64,000 nucleotides of DNA from Oikopleura dioica (Eukaryota; Animalia; Chordata). The notes below the pieces were generated by a model that was not told the origin of the DNA, searched no databases, and was given only the letters and a program-made list of their open reading frames with translations. The DNA lies in contig OU015567.1 of assembly GCA_907165135.1 (NCBI GenBank), positions 2,232,001 to 2,296,000 of the forward strand, in the 5' to 3' direction. This document shows, piece by piece, positions 45,948 through 59,045 of the stretch (position 1 is the stretch's first letter; each line of letters starts with the position of its first letter). The position numbers and the translations under genes are program-made.

Positions 45948-47688
45948 ATGAAGCTTTCTGCTTTTCTATCTGTTATCCAAGCTACAAAAGCTGATGATTC
46001 CTGCCCGTGAGTCCACTGTCTAATTACCTATTTTATCCTTTTTTTTCTAGAGATCAAGAACTAGGGGACCTCTGTGACGCGAATTGCCGCGATACCCTTA
46101 CCTCCTGCCTTGCAGCTTGCTCCAACGCTTCTTGTCAAGAACAGTGCTACAATTCTTACAGTACTTGTTCCTTCCGATGTCCCTGTAACATCTTCTGCCC
46201 AGACGGGTGTAAAGATTGCGACAACGAAATCTGCCCCGAAGACGGCTGCCCGGATCAGGATTTGGCCGACATTTGCGAGAATACATGCTCAGAGGAGCTA
46301 GGAACCTGTTTGGGAGAATGCTCAGATGCTAGCTGTCAGGAAAACTGCTACATTTCGTACAGCACTTGCTCATTCCGATGCCCCTGTAACATCTTTTGCC
46401 CAGATGGATGTGAGGGATGTGAAAATGAAATTTGCGATGATGGAACTTGCCCGTAAGAAAATCAAAAGTAGCCAGATTGGAACCATTTTTAGAGATGAAG
46501 AGCTGAAGGAAATCTGCGAGTTAGACTGCTACGATGTTCTTCAAACATGCCTTGAAGGTTGTTCAAGCGCAGAATGCCATGAAACTTGCTACAATGATTT
46601 TGTCAATTGTGATCTACACTGTCCTTGCAATATTTTCTGTCCTAACGGGTGTGAGGGTTGCGATGAAGCGCTCATTTGTGGCGGCGATGGAGGCAATGGC
46701 CCGAGAAGAATCGTTCATCTTGGCGATGCTGGAGGAAACGACTTAGTTGGTGCGGCTTTCTTCAATACTGACGAGTTTGGCGAAATTTACGAAAAGCTCA
46801 AGCTCCAGATTCCAGGTAAAATCTTCGTCTAAACTATGACATATTTTCGGTAGCTTCTGGGCAATCTAATACGGCCCTCAGAAACGCAGGCTTCGCTGTT
46901 TACAAAGACGAAGTCTTCACCTTTGGAGGTCAAGTTCGAGAGGACCTGAGGACAAGGATTATGAAACTCAATGGCTGCACATTTACAGCTCTCTCCAATC
47001 AATTGGTGAAGCCCTACAATTCTTATTATGGATCTATTGCGTAAGTTTAGGAAATGATTTGGAATGAGAAGAAACTGAATTCTTTAGAATCTGGGATGGT
47101 GGAAGCTGGGAGCCGGAAGGCGTCTACCTTTGCTTCGGCAGCTGGGACTATCGAAAATATTGTGAGCGGTTCAACGGAACTTCTTCTACTCGAATCGCAA
47201 CCGCAAAAGATTACCATCAACATGGAGCAATGTGCGTTTATGAGAACCAGCTACTCGCCATCGGTGGAATCACAGCTACTGAAAAAAGTGTCGAGATCTT
47301 TAATTGGGAGTGGAACAAGACCACAGATCTTCCTGTCGCGGCGAATTATTCGCCATGCGTGAGTGTCGATGAAGGAGTGTTGCTGTTCACCCAAGCATCT
47401 TCAGGAAGCACATCGAGAGTCTGGCTCTTTAGCGAACTAAAATGGTCACAAGTTGGAAATTTTGTAAAGGGCGCGTATGGTTTTACCGCCGCGAAACTGG
47501 ATAACAACACCATCATGATGTTCCCCGGGCAATATGGAAAGTCTGCGTACCGGACGATTTGGGACGGCGAGAAAATTGACCTTCAGAAGACTCAGCAAAT
47601 ACTGACCAATGGAGAACTAAGACACGATAATGTCATGCATCCAATCGTTTTTGAAGGAGCTCTTGATTGTTTAGAAACAACTTTTTAG
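45948..47688 (+). CDS. Secreted protein with three ~67-aa 14-Cys repeats plus kelch/beta-propeller-like domain (paralog 1)
   Basis: Signal MKLSAFLSVIQATKA. Repeats of DxxLxxxCxxxC...CPCNIFCPxGCxxCxxxIC. VFTFGG, LLAIGG and W-containing blades. Confidence 0.8.
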
Positions 47689-47848
47689 CGAAAATATTTA
47701 CTGTTACCGGATAAGTTCAATATCAGCTGAAACTTTTATTTCTTGTAATTAGTAGGCCTTGGGAATGAACAACGAAATTATCAGCTGTCGAAATTAGCGT
47801 TATTCGAATTTCAGAATCTTGCTTAGAATCGAACTCGCAGTTCGGAAA

Positions 47849-49654
47849 ATGAAAACTTTCGCATTTTTGTCGGTGATCAATGCTTCTCAAGATTTGAGAG
47901 CCTGTCCGTAAGTCCTCGTCTGTTCTTTTCTCCCAGCAAACTTTTTACTAGTGACCAGGAATTAGGAGACCAATGTGTTTCAAATTGCCAAGGGGATCTT
48001 TCGACCTGTCTTGCTAGCTGCTCTGATGCTTCCTGCCAGGAGCAATGCTACAACAACTTCAACACCTGCTCTTTCCGTTGCCCCTGCAACATCTTCTGCC
48101 CCGAGGGCTGCAAGGATTGCGATAACCCGATCTGCCCTGAGGACGGTTGCCCAGATCAGGTCCTCGCCGACGAATGCGAGGGAAAATGTTCGGCTGTTCT
48201 TGGAAGCTGCTTGAGTGGTTGCTCCAGTGCCGACTGTCAAGAAGACTGCTTCAACTCGTACAATAATTGTTCATTCCGATGCCCATGCAATATTTTCTGT
48301 CCTAACGGATGTGAAGGATGTGACAATGAAATTTGTGGCGACGGAACCTGCCCGTGAGTTTTCATAATAAATGTTTGCCGAAACCCATTTTAAGGGACCA
48401 GGATCTCCTGGAAATCTGCGAGGCAAACTGCAATTCAACTCTTCAAATCTGCATGAGCGGCTGCAGCGGTGCCCAGTGCCAGGAAGACTGCTACCATGAC
48501 TTTGTCACGTGTGAGTTCCACTGTCCCTGCAACGCCTTCTGCCCAAGTGGATGTGATGCTATCGGCTGCGATGCTCCAATCTGCGGTGGCGATGGGGGCT
48601 CAGGAGGTTCTAGAAGAATTGTTCACCTTGGTGATCCAGAGTCTACGGATAAAACTGTGTTCTTTGCTACCGATGAGTGGGGCGAGATTTTTGAAAATCT
48701 GTCAATCCAACTTCCCGGTAAATCATATTTAAAAAAATCGGAATCGTAATGAATTTCTAGAGTCGGGTTCGAATTCCTTCACTGTGCTCAACGGAGCCGG
48801 CTACGTAGTCTATAAAAACGAAGTCTACGCCTTCGGTGGCTACACAACCTACGGTGTTCCTAAAACAAGAATCTTGAAGCTCGTTGGCTGCGAATTCCAA
48901 GTTCAGTCCGCGAAGTTGCGATACGACTTCTCCACTTCATACGGCTCTATTGCGTACGTATTCATTTTCTTAAAGAAATTTTCAAATGAAATTATTTCAA
49001 GTGTTTGGGACGGTGGCAAATGGGAGCCCGAAGGTGTGTACATCTGTTTCGGAAGCTTCGACGGCGGAAAACGATGCGAGCGATTCGATGGAACAGAATC
49101 CGTCTACTCTAGCACTTCAAGAAAGTCCCACAGAGATGGGTCGGTGTGCATTTACGACGGAAAACTACTTGCTATCGGTGGGACAAATGACGATGCCAAC
49201 TACACTGAGATGTTCAGCTGGGAATGGAATCCTGCTATTCCACACCCAGAGGGACATTCTTATGCACCTTGTGTCACTGTTGATGAAGGAGTTTTGCTCT
49301 TTTCCAGAAGGACAGGAATCAAAACTTTATTTTAGAAGTTGTTTTTTTCCTTCGTTATTCATCCCTCTTTACAGCAGCGCATACAACAGCAAAGTCTGGC
49401 TCTTCTCAAACTTTGAGTGGTCAGAAGTCGGAGGTTTCCCGGTGAAAGCCTCTTGGTTTACCGCCCTACCTCTTGACAATAATACGATTATGATGTATCC
49501 CGGCGAAGTTGGCAAAGCCGCTTATCGAACAGTCTGGAATGGGGAGGAAATTGTGGAGAGCACGAAAATGCTGGATGATGGAGAACTTCGATACGATAGA
49601 ACAATGAAGCCGATTGTTTTCCAGGGAGTCTTAGACTGCCCAGTTACTGTTTGA
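47849..49654 (+). CDS. Secreted protein with three Cys repeats plus kelch/beta-propeller-like domain (paralog 2)
   Basis: Signal MKTFAFLSVINAS. Same architecture (RRIVHLGD, VYAFGG, LLAIGG, PIVFQGVLDC). Starts 160 bp after paralog 1. Confidence 0.8.
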
Positions 49655-51111
49655 ACGACTGTCAGTAAGAATAAATTAGAGGAATTACATTTTGAACTAT
49701 TACTGTAACCCTACTTGAATTTGTTAGCTTTTCGTCGGGTCTTAGAAGTCCGCACGGCCGTGATATTGCGCGCAAAAAGGTTGACAGCTGTCCGCGATAA
49801 GAGACGACATGCCCGTCGTGGAACCGGTTCACGTTATCGGCGAATATCGCTGGCAGGAAAGAAGCATGATTTTTACCTAGTAATCACTATTTACCTAGTC
49901 CTCCAATGAACCCTGTCTGGCGGTTTCTATGGAAAGAGGGGATAGAGGAACGGTGCTGATTTTGTCGAATTCTCAACCCGCGTTTCGGTTGATTGATGAC
50001 CTCAGCGAGCACCTGAGACATGCCGAGATACGATTCCAATCGAGTTAAAAAGGAATACTCTGGTTGAATTTTATGTCATCGCAAATTAGAAATATCAACA
50101 TAGAGCAAGCAATTTTCACAAAATTTTCTTCAAAATTGTCTTACTTTTTAACCTCTTGAATAAGCAAATCTTGGTTTCTTTTTCCCAAAAAAACTAGTGC
50201 AAAGTCGAGTTAACGATCTTAACCCCCTAAAGCTCGTTCTAGAAAAAAAACTTCAGTAAGTTGATAACAAGCACTCCGATTTTCATGCATAAAACTCGAG
50301 CGGCTCAAACTCCGCCCTCTCCAAATTCATGCACGGTCATTGCCCAGCCCACATTTAGAAAAATTCTCAATCCAGGGCGGCGTTTATTTCCGAAGAGAAC
50401 GTGATTCCAAGTAAACAGGTTGAAATCGATTCAATAGCTACTTGTAGGCTATCAAAACTGCCCTTTTTCAAGCTCGATCGGCCGAGAAAGATCTAAATCT
50501 GGTAAACGCGCCGCGGAGGAAATTGAAAAACGGATTGAGACGGACAGAAAGACGACATGATAGCGTTCGGCAAAATGATCTTGATGAACAAGCTTAGAGT
50601 TTTAGAATTCTGAAAGGAGCTGATAACGACTTTTCTCTTCCTTCTTGTAACAAACGCACAAGTTCAACATTGTTGAAGTGAGATTAAGTTTTAAAAAATA
50701 GGCTGTAAGTAAAGTTTAGTTTGTATGGTGGCGATAGTCTTAGCTTTCCGTTACACGTGCTTTCTGAGAAGGATAAGTAAAAGATTAGTAATATCCGGCT
50801 TTTGCAAATCTCCGTCTTAGTCCATAAATCTGCCCATTTACAAAACAGAAGTCAAAATTTGATAACTGGATTTTCAACTCTCGCTGACTTTTCTTTTCTC
50901 GCTGCCCTGGCAAAATATGATCCTCATGCGCCAACAGGTTAAAAAAGGAACTATGGCAAGTTTTTGTTAAAGAAATTTTATTTAATTTACAGTTTTAATC
51001 ATGTGCGGTAGTACAGTAAGCAAAATTCTGAACCCAGTCTACTTTCGTTTTTGTTTCTTTTTATACAGTTTGAATTTAAAATTTTCACAGTTTTTTATGA
51101 ATTTTGAGCTA

Positions 51112-54100
51112 TTATCTTGATCGAAGAAGCCTGACAGCGGCTTGGCAGACGACTTCGAAGCTTTTTCGCTTTTTATCGGGTTTTGGGACGCATGCGGGGA
51201 TCGAGACTTCTGATCCTGTTGGAGAGCGGTTTTCCTTGTTTTCTTTTTCTTCTGCCCCCGGGCGAGTGGAATTGGGCTGTGTGATGTTGGTGATGCTGGC
51301 GAGCTTGTCTGCTGCTTCTATTGCCTTTTTTACTTCTGGAATCGGCGATTCTAGAGCTGTTGAAAGCCCTTTTAGGAGAAGAGGATATCTCATGACCCGC
51401 TGAATCGGTTCCAGTAAAAATGCGATGAGGGGCAACGCCGAATCGAGAGTCGTTGATGATTCCAGCGATTTTTGGAGAAATTCGCACTGCAGATTTGCTC
51501 GTGAAATCTCAGGATCTTCCTTTTTCAAGGGAAAAAGTCCTCCAGGACTTGACTTTCTCGGCGATAGTTTTCTCTTCAAGAAATTGACTGTATTTCCAGC
51601 CCCAGCCTCGTTGAGATTTTGGACGGACTTGCCAGATGTGAGCGTGTGGCGGCGAAAAACTGCAGAAGTGGAGCGGAATAAAAGCGTATTTGTCCGGCGC
51701 AAGGTGGGAAAGGATGAGTTCTCCAAGCGATCTGAGGGAGAAGGGAGGGAGGAACTCGAGATGGAACTGAAAGAAGCGATTTAAAAGCGGTTTGGGTTGA
51801 GATTATCAAGTGCGAGAGAAGGAGAGAGTGTTCAAAAATTAGGGAAAAACCTCTGACTCAATTTTCAAGAGGGTTATTTTCGGAATAGAATTTTTAGATT
51901 TTATTTGAGAATAAATTATTCGAAAAAATTTAAATAAAAATTTATTTTTTCCTCGAATTATTGCTGACAAAGGTTTATTGTTTACTGATGAACTAATTTG
52001 TTCGAACTAAATCAAATTACTCTGACTAAGAAAAAACGTTATTGCAATGTTCTCCCTTCTTAATCGCACTTGATACCCTCAAGCAGGGGGTACTTTGCAA
52101 GATTATTTCGATCTCTCACGAAGAAAAATCCCCTCTCAAAGTACCCCATCATCAATTTTATAATCAGCGAGCATATATGAATAAGAAATAATAATGACTT
52201 ACTCAGACGGGCTCTTGGAAATCCGGCGAAGAGTTGAGCTTGAATCGCATTTCGCGTTTTGAAAATTCATTTTGGAATTTTTTCGAATTTTTGAATAAAG
52301 TCGAGTTGCGCGGGGAAAGTTGGAGCAGTATTGATGGTAGGCGATGGAGAATTGAGGGAGTTCTTCGGAAATGATCTTCGCCAGCTTTTCTGGCTGCTGG
52401 GAGTCGGAATCGGCGAATTTAGAGAACATCTTTGAGTGGAGGTTGCGCAGTTCAACGATGTTGCCAAAGAGGAGGGCGATTTCGGAAGAAGAGAAGACGG
52501 AGGAGTTCTGGAGGGCGGGCATCATCAATGACTAAAATGAAGGGTTAGATGAAGAAACATTTGATGAAGATAATGATACGTCAGGACAAAAATGCTCAAC
52601 AAAGAATAGTTATCAATAAAATTGGCCTCGTTGGCGCACCTTTAAAAACATACTTTCGGTAACAGTAATGCCCGGGCTCTCGCGAATTTATCATCCCGCA
52701 ATCGTACTACCCACGTTTTTGCGTTCAACCAAGACAAGACAAAAACTTATTCCGACTCATCTACCGCGAAAACATCGAACAAGCGAAAATCTTCAAATAG
52801 AAATGTAGAAATAAGGAGTTCTACTACCGGTAGTAGCGTTTGTTGGGAGTTACTTAGATGCAATAAATAGAACACGTGTTCTGTATTGTGGAGGAAACAA
52901 CGCTGACGCCCTTAATCTTGTTTTATGTATGGTATACGTGGTTCAGATTGCAATCGAGCCGGGCTTTTTTATTGTTTATCCTTATTAGAGTGTTACGGTT
53001 TTCGCCTATCCCTTTTTTATCAGATGAACTAGAGGCGATTCGATTAAAAATAAGGGTATCATTACGTTAACTTCGAGAGAAAACGCTACTTGTTTACAGG
53101 GGTTGAAATTTGTTTACCCCCCTTCTGAAGAAAATCTCAGGCCTTATGAAACTCTCGACCGCGGAAACCAACCACTTGAGTATTTTGGTGACCCAGCTAA
53201 ATAAACACAGGGGAAAGTGGGGTTCAATTTTTTATACATATCACGTGGGAAATCCCCACTTCCTGCATGAATGCATTATTCACGGTGGATAAGCATGACC
53301 ACTGTTTCAGAAAAGAGTCGAGCTTAGAAAGTTATCTCTTAAAAATGTATTGTTTGAATTTTTGATAAAAATCTACGAAAAAAAAACAAATCTCGGCTAC
53401 GCGCAAATTTGCGAAAAGGAAGTCCGGCTGTCTAAAAATCTTTTGGCTTCTCAATTAAAGACTTATTTTTGCATTTTTCATGGGTGATTTGTGGTAAATT
53501 GGCGACGATGATTTGCGAAATTGTTTTTCAGAAGGGGATTTCCAAATTATCGGTCACTTGATAATTTGAGCTCGACTTGAGCTCGAAATTATCGTCACGT
53601 GATATAAGAAGACAAGTCTACAGACAGACAAGGGAGCTGCCACTGTTAGGGGGAACGTGAGGTAAGGGTATCCAACTCGATAATTGAAATGTGGAAGGAT
53701 TATGTCTTATTTTAACTTTTACGGCCAAAAGTCCTTTCTTTTGACCAATTTTCTTTTTGAAAGAAGAAATAAGGGTATCACTATGAATATAAGCAAATTT
53801 CTTTTTAGACAGATACACCCTTAATTAAAGACTTTGTTCTTTGAAAAAAGTATCAAAGAGAAAGAGCTTGTCAAAATATCAATATTTATCTGCCCCAAAT
53901 TCCCCGATCCTTTCTTTGAAAACGAGCCACATATAGGTCCCATATCCGGACTCGACTGCGCCTGTCAAAACTCGCGGAAAGATAAGAGACCCGCGTCGAC
54001 GCAAATCTTGGGCTCGCTCTCTCTCGAGGACACTGGAAAAGGGCACCGCCGAGAAAAATACGGGCGATAAGGATAGGGACTATTGGTTTTCGAGCGAAAG

Positions 54101-57100
54101 GTATTACGCTAAAGGCAGGCGGCTTTGCCGTACGTGTGTTATCGCTAAATGAGGTGATAAGGCAATAAAGAAGCATTTTTAAGGATACTGCCGACGTGTA
54201 TTTCAAATACAGTATTTGACAGTATTTTATGCGGATTTAATGTAAAAATGATGATGTGTTCCCATTTTTGTCAAATTTAAGGGCGTAAGTTTGCTAAAAA
54301 TACAAATTTTTAGAAATTTTTTGTTATCGATGTCCACCCCCTTAAAACCTTAAACCCGGTAAAATGAGCTAAGGAAGCTGTTTTAAACCCCCTTACTTAT
54401 GTAATCATCCATTATGCCCAGCTCTCCAAGTACCTACTCTTTCTCCCCTCGAGTCGAGTATTTGCGCCTACTTGTTGGGCAAAAATCCCCATACAAAAGA
54501 CGCAACATGTGGCAACTCACATGTGCGTCCTCGAAAAAAACCAACGTGTGTTGTCACTCCACTTTTTTTTGATGGTTTATTATTTATACCATCTCTTGAT
54601 TCGAATATTGAGATAGTTTCGACTTCGACGATCACGTGGCTAATTCAAAAATAAGAAGAAACAGGTGTCGTTTCTGTTTATCATGAAATAACAGAAACAA
54701 TTTGCAAAATAAATCCGCTTGAATTTGAAATGACTTGAAATCATTCAAATCAAGGGGATGAAAATTAATCTCTGGCGGTTTCTGATTTCAATCCTTTTTC
54801 GTTCTTAGATCGAAAAATGCAATTCTGAGAAGAAATTCTGCATTTTTTCATTGCGTGAATATTTCAACAGAATGCGAATATCAGACCGCATGCATATTAA
54901 TTAAGGATATACCCTCTACATCGACCAAGCAATTACGCAATGAGCCGGATAAGCATGGATCTGAAAGTGAACCTTATTTGCATAATATCGTCCAAAAGAA
55001 AACCAACCGGAACTTCCTGTTTTCATTTTCTGAGCGATTTCTGCCCGATTTTCCGGCCCATTTGGCGGGCGGAGTTTTCGGTCAGCTTTTCCGCCAGAGC
55101 GATTATGGTCGATTAGGAAATCTGAAACTGCTTTGCTCAATGAAATTTTATAAGTCGGAAGTTCACAATCGTATTAGTCGAGTTCAAGGGAAATTTAAGA
55201 AAGTGACGCCCTTATATATTTTTGGGGGAAAAGAATAAGGGCGTCACTGCTTTAAGAAACTCTTAAAAAATGAGCTTAACGAGGTGTCCCCCCTTAAAAT
55301 CTCAAAGCAAAGAAAAGATCTATATTGTGCGAGTCTAATGACTTTGAAAAAAGTGATTGTTTTTGCAACGTGTATCCCCTTAATACGCTCCATGTATTGA
55401 ATTCAACGATAGATCGTATCATCTCCTCGCTGATGATTTTTTATTCTTGACAGGTTGTCAAAAGTGTCAAATTCGCTCCTTATCAAGGTGTTTTTCGCAT
55501 TTCTTAAGATTTTACTAAGACAGTACTTTTTATAATAAAAACATCTAGAATAATGAATCAAAATTCGAGTGGGGAAACAAGCTCCGTGACAAAAAAGTTG
55601 GTCGATTTTTTCCCGGACCGCGAAACCTCCAACAGTGGTGATTCAGCTGAGCTGACGAAACTCGTAAGTCAAAAACCCCCAGCGTAATGTTATGGCGGTA
55701 ACCCTGGCTCTTCGTTGAACCCAAGACGTAAGGGGTAAGCAAAGAGAGAGCACGGAAACCCAAAACAGGATTTTACAAGCGTACAAGCCCCTTTTCTACT
55801 GAGGAAACACCCTTACATGTCCGGCAAACTCCAATTCTATTGGGTCTATTTTTTGGTCCCGGAAGGATAGAAAACCTTGTTTTTTTAATGAAACAAAAGA
55901 GGGGCATAAATCGAAATATAAAAAATATAAAGGCGATTGGGGAAGAACACCATTCACACGTGTTTGAAGTCAAATGTGCCGACGGAACTCCCGTGGCGAG
56001 GCAAAGAGGATCAAAATCACAGAGAAGCGGATTTGCGGCGAGACAAATAATTCACGGGAATATTCACATAATTCTTTACTGTAATTGGGTCTTTCTAAAG
56101 AAAAGTTCAAAAGTTTCAATTTTGTCTTGAAACGGAGCTTTTACGAAATAGGGGTCTTTTTGGACCGCGTTTACGGAACAGGTTAATAACTAAATTCATT
56201 AAATTAGCCCCTACGAAAACCGCAAAACACTTCCCTTTCCCGGTCCAAGAAATAATACCTTCTTGTTTCAAATCTAAACAGCCCCAGCGCTAGAAATGAT
56301 AAAACCAAATCACTGGAACTGGGAGATATCACCTTAACCCATCAGCGCGAGGAACAGGTGCGAAATGCATTTTTAGGCCGCCGATCAAGAATCTTGATAG
56401 TCAAAAACTCAGTTTTTTACAAGCTTCTTGACCTTCCTCGCAAAATATTTATATATTTACCCATCGAAAAAGAAAACCCAAATTTTCAACCTTTATTGAC
56501 CCCCTTGTAAAAAAATCACTTCCCAAACACGACAAACAGGCTTGTTAACCTGTTTCTTTTTTTCTAAATTTGATCTTGCTTTCTGACTCTTGAGGTTGAG
56601 CAGAAAGAAAGTCAAGTTTTGGTGACACGATTTTGACATTGTCAGTGTCACATTGGTCAGAGCGAAGTTCGTTGTTGAACACAGAATTGACGTCGTTTTT
56701 CGTGTGCAAAAAATAAATAGAAAGTTTTGAGGAAAAATAGCGGTTTCGAAGGAAAAGTCCAGTTTTCAAGCTTTTTTTTACATAGTGACACCCTTATTTT
56801 TTAACTGGAACAAGTTCAATGTTTCCAAAAATACATTTTCCCAAAGAAAGATCGTCACGAGTCTTTTTGTCATTGTTTGCGCCGTCGAAATTTTCGTCAA
56901 TTAAGGCCGTCACCGTGCGTTTCGCATGATTTAATATCGATCATAATTTACCCCTTACGTAATCAAAAAATGAATAAGTTTTCTTGAACAGTAACGATTA
57001 CGGTAACGGGATGATCATTACCCGGGCTCGTCACCAAAACGAGCTTTTGGAGAGCGCTACACTTGACGGCCGAAATTTCTGAGCCAAGAGGATGAGCCAC

Positions 57101-59045
57101 CAGTCGGTTTTGGGTTAAACGGAAAACGCTGGGGACGTGTGAACGTAAAATATGATCCAATGAGGATTAACTCGGCTTTCCGAACGAAAATTTATGCCAA
57201 GTTTCAAGCCAAGTCAGGAAAGCTACCGCGAAGACCAAAAAAAAGCTGGAAATCTGATTGGTTTGCACTGGAATTTTTCGCCTTGAAAAGCAATTTCCGC
57301 CTTAGATCATTATTTTATTGCCTTATCCCTCCAATAAAGCCCTCCCTAACCGTGAAATTATATGTATACACTTTGTACAATCTGCTTGTTTCAAGAATTC
57401 TAGAGTAATCACAAGGTGCCTGGGATGAAAAAAACTCGCCGCCCTTGAAATTTTCGGAACGTCACAGTTCTCAGCTGTTATTTGCTTCTACCCCCTTATT
57501 CATCTTTTCTTGTCACGTGCCAAAAAACTTTATTTTGAACAGTTTTTGAGAAAAAAATAAGGGTGTCTCATTATTAAAATATGAAAAAAGGCTCAAGAAA
57601 CATTTCCAGAAGTCTCGACATTGTTAAGGGGTAAAATTAAGGGTATCACGTCCTTATATTGACCAAAAAATGCGTTTGAAAATGTGGATTTTTAAGGGCT
57701 TCCGCCTTAAAAGTATCAATGTGAAAACAGAAAATTTATCACTTTTTTCGGCTCGAATTCATGTAATAATAAACTTTCTTCTCCTTAGACTCTGATCACA
57801 TGATCCTTGATCAAACAAAGCAGCGGTTCGTAGAACATGTAAAACGGGGCTCAGCCCTAAGCTCTCGGTTTAATTTCAAGGTTAACTCCTCGCGTCATCC
57901 TGCATAATATGCATTTATATGCTCAACCAGCAAGCAGCTCCCAACTCAGAAAAAAAAACTCAAAAACGAATTTCATGCAACATCATAATTTTCGACAGTT
58001 AATCGTTTTAGTTCGTCTTTTTTTGCTGAAGATGCTGTTTTGAAAATTGAAAAAAGAAGAAGCGCGATAGAATAGAATATTGAAATAACAAATATGGAAC
58101 GTATCGAGTAAATTGAAAATTACTTGGAAAAGAAAAAACGGTGGATGATGAAGATGATTTGTTGGAAAAACAGATTGGAAACAAAGAAAAAGAAGCAAAA
58201 GACGACATGGTTTATTTTGAGCCGTGGAAAATCGAAAAGGAGATTGTGAGTATTTTCGATGGATAGAATCAGTCCAAAAATTTTGACAAAAATAGAGGTT
58301 TTCAGAATCCAGCAAAATGGTTTTTTTTTTTCTTTTTTAGCTTATCGCCGATGAGTCATCGGTTTTTGGCAAAAAGATGTAAACTTCAAACGCGATTTTA
58401 AGGGTGTTAGAGTCAAGATAGACCCCCGAAAAATATGCCTAAAATTGTTTTTTGACCAATAAATTTCTACTCATTTGCAATTTTCTGGGGTGAAATTTTG
58501 AGTTTCCGAAATTTGAATTTTGATCGAATTTGAGGGAAAGTCGTTCTTCAAAACTAAATGATTCTGACCCAGTCACTGGAAATGTAAAATATTCTATGTC
58601 AATCTTTTAAGGAAAATAAATCAAAATAAAATCAAAAAATCGTTATAATATGGTTTTTGTTCTTACCTCAACGATGCTATTCAACTTGTCGACATATTTC
58701 TTCTCCGATTCAAAAATCTCTTCCAGCGCGTGTTGAGCTTTCCTCTTCTTTATTACTTGTTCTTCTTTCACCGTCATCCTCTTTTTTCTTCGTTTCTATC
58801 TCTTTAGTTATTTTTTCGGCTTAGTCAGCAAATTATTAATGGATTCGAAAAATGTAGCAATTCAACTTTTTTCCGTTCGCGTGTTCGTTTTTTGGAGGTT
58901 TAGCCGCGAAAAAGCTGATTTTCGAAAATCGAGTTGACGAAAAGCGGACGGAGTCGGCACAGGGAGCGCTGTCTGGTCTTTTTGGCGGAGCGCGGGGGAG
59001 CTCGAGAGCCGGAGGAGGAAAAATGATGAGCAGCGGTGAAGCCAT
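51112..59045 (-). CDS. Dbl-homology RhoGEF, multi-exon with a 6.1-kb intron; 5' end uncertain
   Basis: Exon 58667-58777 HALEEIFESEKKYVDKLNSIVE splices in phase 0 to SLMMPALQNSSVFSSSEIALLFGNI...YHQYCSN (52531), then LPLIAFLLEPIQRVMRYPLLLKGL. No PH domain before the stop. Confidence 0.75.
52900..57720. repeat. Intronic repeat-rich block with dispersed TAAGGGYRTCA motifs in both orientations (probable degenerate or nested DNA transposons)
   Basis: Exact or near-exact copies at 52904, 53051, 53663, 53770, 55204, 55236, 56786, 57558, 57638, plus many weaker TAAGGG/CCCTTA hits. Confidence 0.55.

Noticed and set aside
46030-48600. Regularly spaced repeats as a CRISPR-like array
   Set aside because: They are degenerate protein-coding Cys repeats with introns; no constant nucleotide repeat-spacer structure and no cas genes.
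48766-48778. tRNA T-loop-like GGTTCGAATTCC
   Set aside because: Lies in a coding exon of the kelch-like gene, with no cloverleaf around it.
49700-50650. Possible additional minus-strand gene
   Set aside because: Short coding-like frames exist, but no consistent exon chain or recognisable motif could be built.
53834-56130. Intact transposase within the RhoGEF intron
   Set aside because: Frames are short and stop-ridden, and no DDE motif spacing could be identified.
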